This document shows positions 58,822-64,000 of a stretch of DNA of 64,000 bases, piece after piece (position 1 is the first letter of the stretch; each line of letters starts with the position of its first letter). The notes under the pieces were generated by a model. It did not search any database. It was not told where the DNA came from and saw only the letters and a program-made list of their open reading frames with translations. Both the position numbers and the translations under genes were made by a program. This DNA comes from Candidatus Hermodarchaeota archaeon (GTDB taxonomy: Archaea > Asgardarchaeota > Thorarchaeia > Thorarchaeales > Thorarchaeaceae): positions 96,001 to 160,000 of the forward strand of contig JBHLLF010000002.1 in NCBI GenBank assembly GCA_048885865.1, in the 5' to 3' direction.

Positions 58822-59292
58822 ATGGAGGAACCCTCAGCGGACGATGTCAGAAAAGTCGGTATGTCTACAGTGGCTGCTGCGCATACTGTATATGTTGAAA
58901 CAGTGAGAAGGCAATTCGGTGAGAAAGGGCTTGAGGCACTTGGCGAGGCAAATCGTCTTCATGGCATAGAACTGGGAGAGGATGGTGTCAAGAGCGGAGG
59001 ACTCAGAAAAGGTGATCTAAGGTCTATTTACGAGTTCTTTGCTGCCGCTCATCCTTTCTTTGGATTTGAACTAGAGATATCTGACATTTCGGATACTTTA
59101 CTTGACCTCAAAGTCACTGCGTGTCCATGGATTGACACATTTCGAACAAAGGGTGCCAATGAAGACATCTGTCACTGGGTATGCAAGATTGACGAAGGCA
59201 TCGCGCAAGCAGTTGACTCAGACCTCAGCATGACCATTCCTCTTTGCATGATGCGTGGAGATAACTATTGCATCTATAGATGGCAGAAGTAG
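58822..59292 (+). CDS. ATC-hydrolase/V4R-like protein
   Basis: ACPW...C..C.ID.G.......CMMRGD.YC pattern; ORF from GTG 58813. Confidence 0.75.
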   Translation: MEEPSADDVRKVGMSTVAAAHTVYVETVRRQFGEKGLEALGEANRLHGIELGEDGVKSGGLRKGDLRSIYEFFAAAHPFFGFELEISDISDTLLDLKVTACPWIDTFRTKGANEDICHWVCKIDEGIAQAVDSDLSMTIPLCMMRGDNYCIYRWQK

Positions 59293-59465
59293 ACAGCTAC
59301 CCCTTTCAAAGGAATGCTGGAACACCTAAGAGGCAAATGTGAATCTACATCCACTCCTTTTGGACCTTTAACATGGTTTAAACCGGAGTGCTTAATTAAC
59401 CCCGGACCACACTCCTTCGTTAAATCACGGATAGTGAGGTCCGTCCTCAGACTGGAGGTCCTAAT

Positions 59466-60851
59466 ATGGTTGATGTGAAGAAGATAACGGAGCTTCTCGT
59501 CGATGTGGTTGGCTCAGACCGAGTTACCGATAGGGACTTCGATATTATCCCCTATAGCAGAGACCTTAGTCCTGCAAAGCAGAAGAAGCCGAGCCACGTA
59601 GTGATGCCAGAAACCCGTGAAGAAATTCAGGGCATTCTGAAGATTGCCAATGACATTGATGTTCCAGTATATGTCAGGGGCGGCGGCACCTCACACTGGG
59701 ATGCCTTTCTCCCTCAGGTATCTGGTCCAAGTATTATGTTAGACCTGGGAAGGATGAACAAGATTCTTGACATAAATGAGAGGGATCTTGTGGCGACTGT
59801 CCAACCCAACTGTACCTGGGCCAAGTTGGATCAGGAACTACGTGACAAAGGTCTAACCTATCTTTGCAGTGAAGCTGGCGGTCCTGCCATGACTATTGGC
59901 GGCTCAGTGATGAAAGCCGGAGGAGGTCCACATTCCACTGCAAAGTTCGGATTCCATGGGAATCAAGATGTGATAACTCTCGAAATGGTCATGCCAAATG
60001 GTGATGTTGTGGAAACAGGCAGTGCCGCTTGGCCTAGTGCAGGTAAGTTTGAACGGCAATGCCTGGGCCCAGACCTGGCTGGGATGTTCATAGGCGCAGA
60101 GGGAATTCTTGGAATCTGCACTGAACTAACTCTGCGAATTCGTCCCGCGGTTGATATTAGTGAGCGGTTGACTGCGGTCATGCCAACGCTTGATGAAGTG
60201 ATTGAGTTCGGCCATTTCATCAATCAGCATGTGGGGGATGAGTTTTTGCAGGGGATATACCTGTGGGTGGATCCTACTGCTCCTGATGTGTTCTTTCTGA
60301 TGATGGATATCTTTGGCTATGAGCAAGAGATTGTCGCACATCGCAAGAAACGAATTGAGGATAAGATTAAGGAGCTGGGCGGTGAGATTGGAGACCGTGC
60401 CCCTGCAGATGACTATTATGGTCGGATTCTTACAGGGCTCACTGATTTGTTCAAAACTGGTGTTTGGCACTTCTTTGGCTCAGGCTCTTTGAGAATAGAT
60501 GATATCTCATTTCTTTACAAGGTCTGGAGGGAGGAGGTTATCGAGAAGAGAGGATACACAAAGGCTGGATTTGGTGGACAGGTCCTGCCGAGGCGATGGC
60601 TGGCCTTCATGGTAACTAACTACAAAGAGCCTGAAGAATGGGATGAGCTTGTCAAGATGTGTGATGAGATAGATGAAATGGTGCTGGCTGGGCCAGTGGT
60701 TCCTTATGGAATAGGCGGGCGAGACGGGCTTCGTCAATTTGTAGCTGCACGTGACACTGGCTATTATCGCTTGCTGAAGACTTTGAAGCGAACACTAGAT
60801 CCCAAGAATATCCTGCAACGTGGCATATTCATACCGGAGGAGGAGTTCTGA
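59466..60851 (+). CDS. GlcD-like FAD-binding oxidoreductase
   Basis: VRGGGTS, TIGGSV..GGG, GAEGILGICT, LDPKNILQRG. Confidence 0.9.
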   Translation: MVDVKKITELLVDVVGSDRVTDRDFDIIPYSRDLSPAKQKKPSHVVMPETREEIQGILKIANDIDVPVYVRGGGTSHWDAFLPQVSGPSIMLDLGRMNKILDINERDLVATVQPNCTWAKLDQELRDKGLTYLCSEAGGPAMTIGGSVMKAGGGPHSTAKFGFHGNQDVITLEMVMPNGDVVETGSAAWPSAGKFERQCLGPDLAGMFIGAEGILGICTELTLRIRPAVDISERLTAVMPTLDEVIEFGHFINQHVGDEFLQGIYLWVDPTAPDVFFLMMDIFGYEQEIVAHRKKRIEDKIKELGGEIGDRAPADDYYGRILTGLTDLFKTGVWHFFGSGSLRIDDISFLYKVWREEVIEKRGYTKAGFGGQVLPRRWLAFMVTNYKEPEEWDELVKMCDEIDEMVLAGPVVPYGIGGRDGLRQFVAARDTGYYRLLKTLKRTLDPKNILQRGIFIPEEEF

Positions 60852-62045
60852 ATGAGAATCGAGGACTACAAGGATATGATCTATGCATGCGGTAGATGCA
60901 ATCTGTGTCATGGGGCAGATTTCGATGAGCGATGTCCTGAACTCTTCACCCAATATTGGGAATCGTCGACTCTGAGAGGCCGGATGGCCATTGCTAGTGG
61001 CATTCTGGAGGGGAAGCTTGACTATTCTGAGGAGATGGCTGAACGAATTTTCGGTTGCTTCATGTGTGGCCGTTGTCAAGAGGAATGCAAGAAGGCGGCA
61101 GATATCAATACAATTGATATTACGAAGGCCATGAGAGCTGATTTCGTGGAAAAGGGGATCAAGATTCCCGAAGCCGGAGCAAAGATGGCTGATACCGTTG
61201 TGGATAGTGGGAATATCTTTGCTGATCCGCCAGCTGAGCACACAAAGTGGGCTGAGGGCCTGAAATTCACAAATGATGCCAAAACCCTGTTCTATCCGGG
61301 ATGTTTAGCCAGTCATCGATTCAAGGAGAAGACCAGAATACTTGTGCAAACATTGCAGGCCGCGGGATACGAACTCAACTTCCTAGGAGAGAAACAGAGA
61401 TGCTGTGGGACGCCCTATTGGATAACTGGCAAAGACTCCGAAGCAAAAAGCAATGCAGAAGATTTCGTCAATATGCTTACCGAGCTAGGGATACGAGAAA
61501 TAATCACTCCCTGTCCCAGCTGCTTTCGAGCTCTTGATGAGGAATATCCAAAGTTGCTGGGAAAAGAGGTTCCATTCCGAGTGAGGCATACTAGCCAGGT
61601 CCTTCAGGAGATTGTGGAAGGAAAGAAACTCAAGTTCAAAGTTCCAATTGATAAGAAAGTGACCTACCATGACCCATGTGAAATTGGAAGACTCCGGGGA
61701 ATATACGATCCTGGACGCACTGTCCTCAATGCGCTACCCGGCGTCGAGCTAATTGAGATGGGGCGAAATCGCGAGGAAGCATTTTGCTGCGGCGGAGGTG
61801 GAGGAGTCAAAATCATGTACGAGGACCATTCCAATAAGGTCGCAGAGGAACGCATCGGCGATTTCATCGAGACCAATGCTGACCTACTCACAACAATCTG
61901 TCCGGCATGCGAGATGAATCTCACCCATGGTACTTACGCGGCTGATATTGAAGCAAGAGTCTTGGATGTTGCAGAACTTGTAGCTGTTGCAGCCGGCATT
62001 GTAGATAGGGAGATACTTGAGCCTGACTATTTCCCTGAGGACTAA
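60852..62045 (+). CDS. GlcF/HdrD-like Fe-S protein
   Basis: CGRCNLC, CFMCGRCQEEC, CCG, YHDPCEIGR, CCGGGGG. Confidence 0.92.
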   Translation: MRIEDYKDMIYACGRCNLCHGADFDERCPELFTQYWESSTLRGRMAIASGILEGKLDYSEEMAERIFGCFMCGRCQEECKKAADINTIDITKAMRADFVEKGIKIPEAGAKMADTVVDSGNIFADPPAEHTKWAEGLKFTNDAKTLFYPGCLASHRFKEKTRILVQTLQAAGYELNFLGEKQRCCGTPYWITGKDSEAKSNAEDFVNMLTELGIREIITPCPSCFRALDEEYPKLLGKEVPFRVRHTSQVLQEIVEGKKLKFKVPIDKKVTYHDPCEIGRLRGIYDPGRTVLNALPGVELIEMGRNREEAFCCGGGGGVKIMYEDHSNKVAEERIGDFIETNADLLTTICPACEMNLTHGTYAADIEARVLDVAELVAVAAGIVDREILEPDYFPED

Positions 62046-62053
62046 CTATTGGT

Positions 62054-62344
62054 CTATCCCCCAACTGCAGCAATCATGAATACAATGAGGTCTCCTCGCG
62101 AGAGCTTTGTTTTCTCTCCCTGATGTGCTACCATGTTTTTACCATTCACAATGACAATTGCATCTCTTCGCAGCTTGCCGCTGCCCTTCTCTTCAAGGTA
62201 TGGCTCGAATCTCTCCCCATAAGATTCTCGAAGGTCGTCAATCAGGTCTCTGACAGTAGCTCCGTCTTGAGTTTCAAAGCTGAATTTGTCATGTTCATGT
62301 GACTTGAGCCCCTTATTCATGAGTTTGACAAAGACCTCTGTCAT
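62054..62344 (-). CDS. MoaD/ThiS/SAMP-family ubiquitin-like sulfur carrier
   Basis: TVRDLI..L, IVIVNG, L..GD.I.F..AVGG with C-terminal GG. Confidence 0.88.
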   Translation of the reverse strand: MTEVFVKLMNKGLKSHEHDKFSFETQDGATVRDLIDDLRESYGERFEPYLEEKGSGKLRRDAIVIVNGKNMVAHQGEKTKLSRGDLIVFMIAAVGG

Positions 62345-62555
62345 GGCATACACTTCCTTAACATTCAAGTCAAAATAGCCAAAGTTTAAGTTAAGTATGA
62401 CGGAACAGTCTCTAAGCATGAGGGCATATTAAGCCACCACAAGTGTTTTCAGGCGGTAGCTCTCGTGCCTACACAAGAGTGATATACCCTAAGCAGGGCT
62501 GAATGAAACATCAAACAGGGAACTTGCCATCACCGGCAAAAGAAGGCTGGTCTAA

Positions 62556-63341
62556 TTGACTGAAACGAATGGACACCGACTAACATTGAAAGAGTGGCTT
62601 GCTGCGCACGCACGTACTGAACCTGTACATTATAGGAAAATTGCTGAGGCTCTTGGTCGTGATGCCGCTTCAGTTTCTGCATCGCTATCTATTGAGAGAA
62701 AACAAGCCGAGGAGGACAATAGACCACCCTATTTCGTTAGAATTCGACCTGGCCTATATCAGTATAATGACCTCTGTGAGGGTGCTGTTGATGAGGACCT
62801 AATAAGAGAGGTTCGTGATCGTGCAGAAGAGTTCAACCTAGCTACCCGCAGAGAGATGCGACAGAGGATTGCTAATCTTGACATCCATGGGTTTGAAGAG
62901 CTAGCGAAGATCATTCTACTGAACATCAGGGCCAGAGTCGAGAAATCTGAAGTTATCAGGCGCTACAACAACACTATTGTCATGACCACATCTTGGCGAG
63001 ACGATGGAGGGAGGTCTCCTGTTGTTGTATATGCGAGGAAATGTCGTCTTGACGAGAAGATAGAACGTGATACAATACTTGAGATCCGTGGCGCTCTCCC
63101 GACCTTCAAGGCCAATCAGGGAGTTCTAATATCGAATGGGATTGTTACCCCTGAGGGGAAGGACGAGGCTCTAGGCTATGCAGGTGCTGATGTGAAGGTT
63201 TCAGTACCTCCTGTCCACCTGATGGACATTGAGATATGCCTTAACATTCTTCTAGAGAGCCGCACCGGCGTGAGAGAGAGAAAAGTCGAGGTTCTTATCC
63301 CGGACGATGAGTTTTGGGAACGTCTATCCACAGAAGAGTAG
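62556..63341 (+). CDS. Winged-HTH (HARE-HTH-like) plus Mrr-like domain protein
   Basis: PVHYRKIAE..SVSASLS..YFVR.RPGLY; FEEL...LL, GAL....A.QGVLIS, VHLMD. Confidence 0.72.
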   Translation: MTETNGHRLTLKEWLAAHARTEPVHYRKIAEALGRDAASVSASLSIERKQAEEDNRPPYFVRIRPGLYQYNDLCEGAVDEDLIREVRDRAEEFNLATRREMRQRIANLDIHGFEELAKIILLNIRARVEKSEVIRRYNNTIVMTTSWRDDGGRSPVVVYARKCRLDEKIERDTILEIRGALPTFKANQGVLISNGIVTPEGKDEALGYAGADVKVSVPPVHLMDIEICLNILLESRTGVRERKVEVLIPDDEFWERLSTEE

Positions 63342-63590
63342 CGTTCCAATCATGAGTCAACACGCATTCGACTCAGGCCGTCATTTACATCCAAGTTCTA
63401 CATTAGTCGATGGGATAATACTCAATTCATTGTATAGGTATTGTATTAAATCGCAAAATGTTAACTTTTTCATAAAGTAGCGCACGAAAGGCGCGCCTTA
63501 AGGTTTTAATAGAGGAAATGCGTTACTTCTGGCTCATCACGGAGAGAGATTCACAATTCACCGTGAGAGAGAAATTTGGAGAAGAACGCA

Positions 63591-64000
63591 ATGGGCGAGG
63601 AACAAAAACTCCTATTCGTGCGTGAAAGCTCCGGCCTAGTAAAGGAAGTAGGTACGGGCTTTGCCCTGCTTCTTCCAATTGCACTAACTCTTGGACCTTG
63701 GTTCCACTACTTCGGGCCTCAGGTTTCATCATGGTATCCAGGTGCGCATCTAGTTCCGATGTATGCCATCGGCGCAGGAATCGTCTTCTTTGAAGCAATT
63801 GCATTGATGTGCCTAATGCTTGCGATGCCACGATCTGGTGCCTCCTACCACTTCACTGGTAGAGGTCTCAGTCCAATTTTTGGTGTGATGGAAGGTTGGC
63901 GGTCCGTAATTACCAATCCTGTATTTAGAGGGACAGGTAGCTTCTTCGCGGTACAGATCTTCGCAGGCGGTCTCGTAGTTGTTGGTACAGCAACCGGCAA
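63591..64000 (+). CDS. APC-family permease (partial, runs off the window)
   Basis: My translation: MGEEQKLLFVRESSGLVKEVG...YPGAH...AMPRSGASY...RGLSP; paralog of 54885..56465; absent from the ORF track. Confidence 0.88.
   Translation, partial: MGEEQKLLFVRESSGLVKEVGTGFALLLPIALTLGPWFHYFGPQVSSWYPGAHLVPMYAIGAGIVFFEAIALMCLMLAMPRSGASYHFTGRGLSPIFGVMEGWRSVITNPVFRGTGSFFAVQIFAGGLVVVGTATG

Noticed and set aside
63523-63831. 102-aa minus-strand ORF
   Set aside because: Antisense to the clear partial APC permease starting at 63591.

Overview
Gene-dense archaeal chromosomal window, most likely from an Asgard archaeon and plausibly Thorarchaeia (inference). The assignment rests on archaeal core genes (TopoVI A/B, RadA, aRF1, archaeal-type PheRS, geranylgeranyl reductase, CofE, Ino1) together with eukaryotic-signature-type proteins (two Rab-like GTPases, a Roadblock/LC7 protein, LRR, TPR and zinc-ribbon proteins). 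Positions 1-40 kb are housekeeping and accessory genes. Positions ~40.5-64 kb form a catabolic island: a diol-dehydratase-like glycyl radical enzyme co-oriented with an aminotransferase, KDG kinase, KDPG aldolase and an FAD/Fe-S oxidoreductase pair, plus a pyrrolysine-free MttB/corrinoid/UroD-family methyltransferase set, APC permeases and two ATC-hydrolase/V4R-like proteins. The most unusual observations are: (i) two ~300-350 nt highly base-paired intergenic elements (~3370-3720 and ~40185-40460) and an ~80-nt hairpin (30040-30118) that match no RNA family I recognise; (ii) a Cas4-like Fe-S nuclease split into two translationally coupled, membrane-anchored halves; (iii) a Top6A/Spo11-family subunit carrying tandem RadA-N-terminal-like HhH domains; (iv) the radical enzyme-Entner-Doudoroff-demethylase island, which has no activating enzyme in the window. 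No rRNA, canonical tRNA, CRISPR array or transposase was seen. All calls come from motif recognition by eye, with no database searches.
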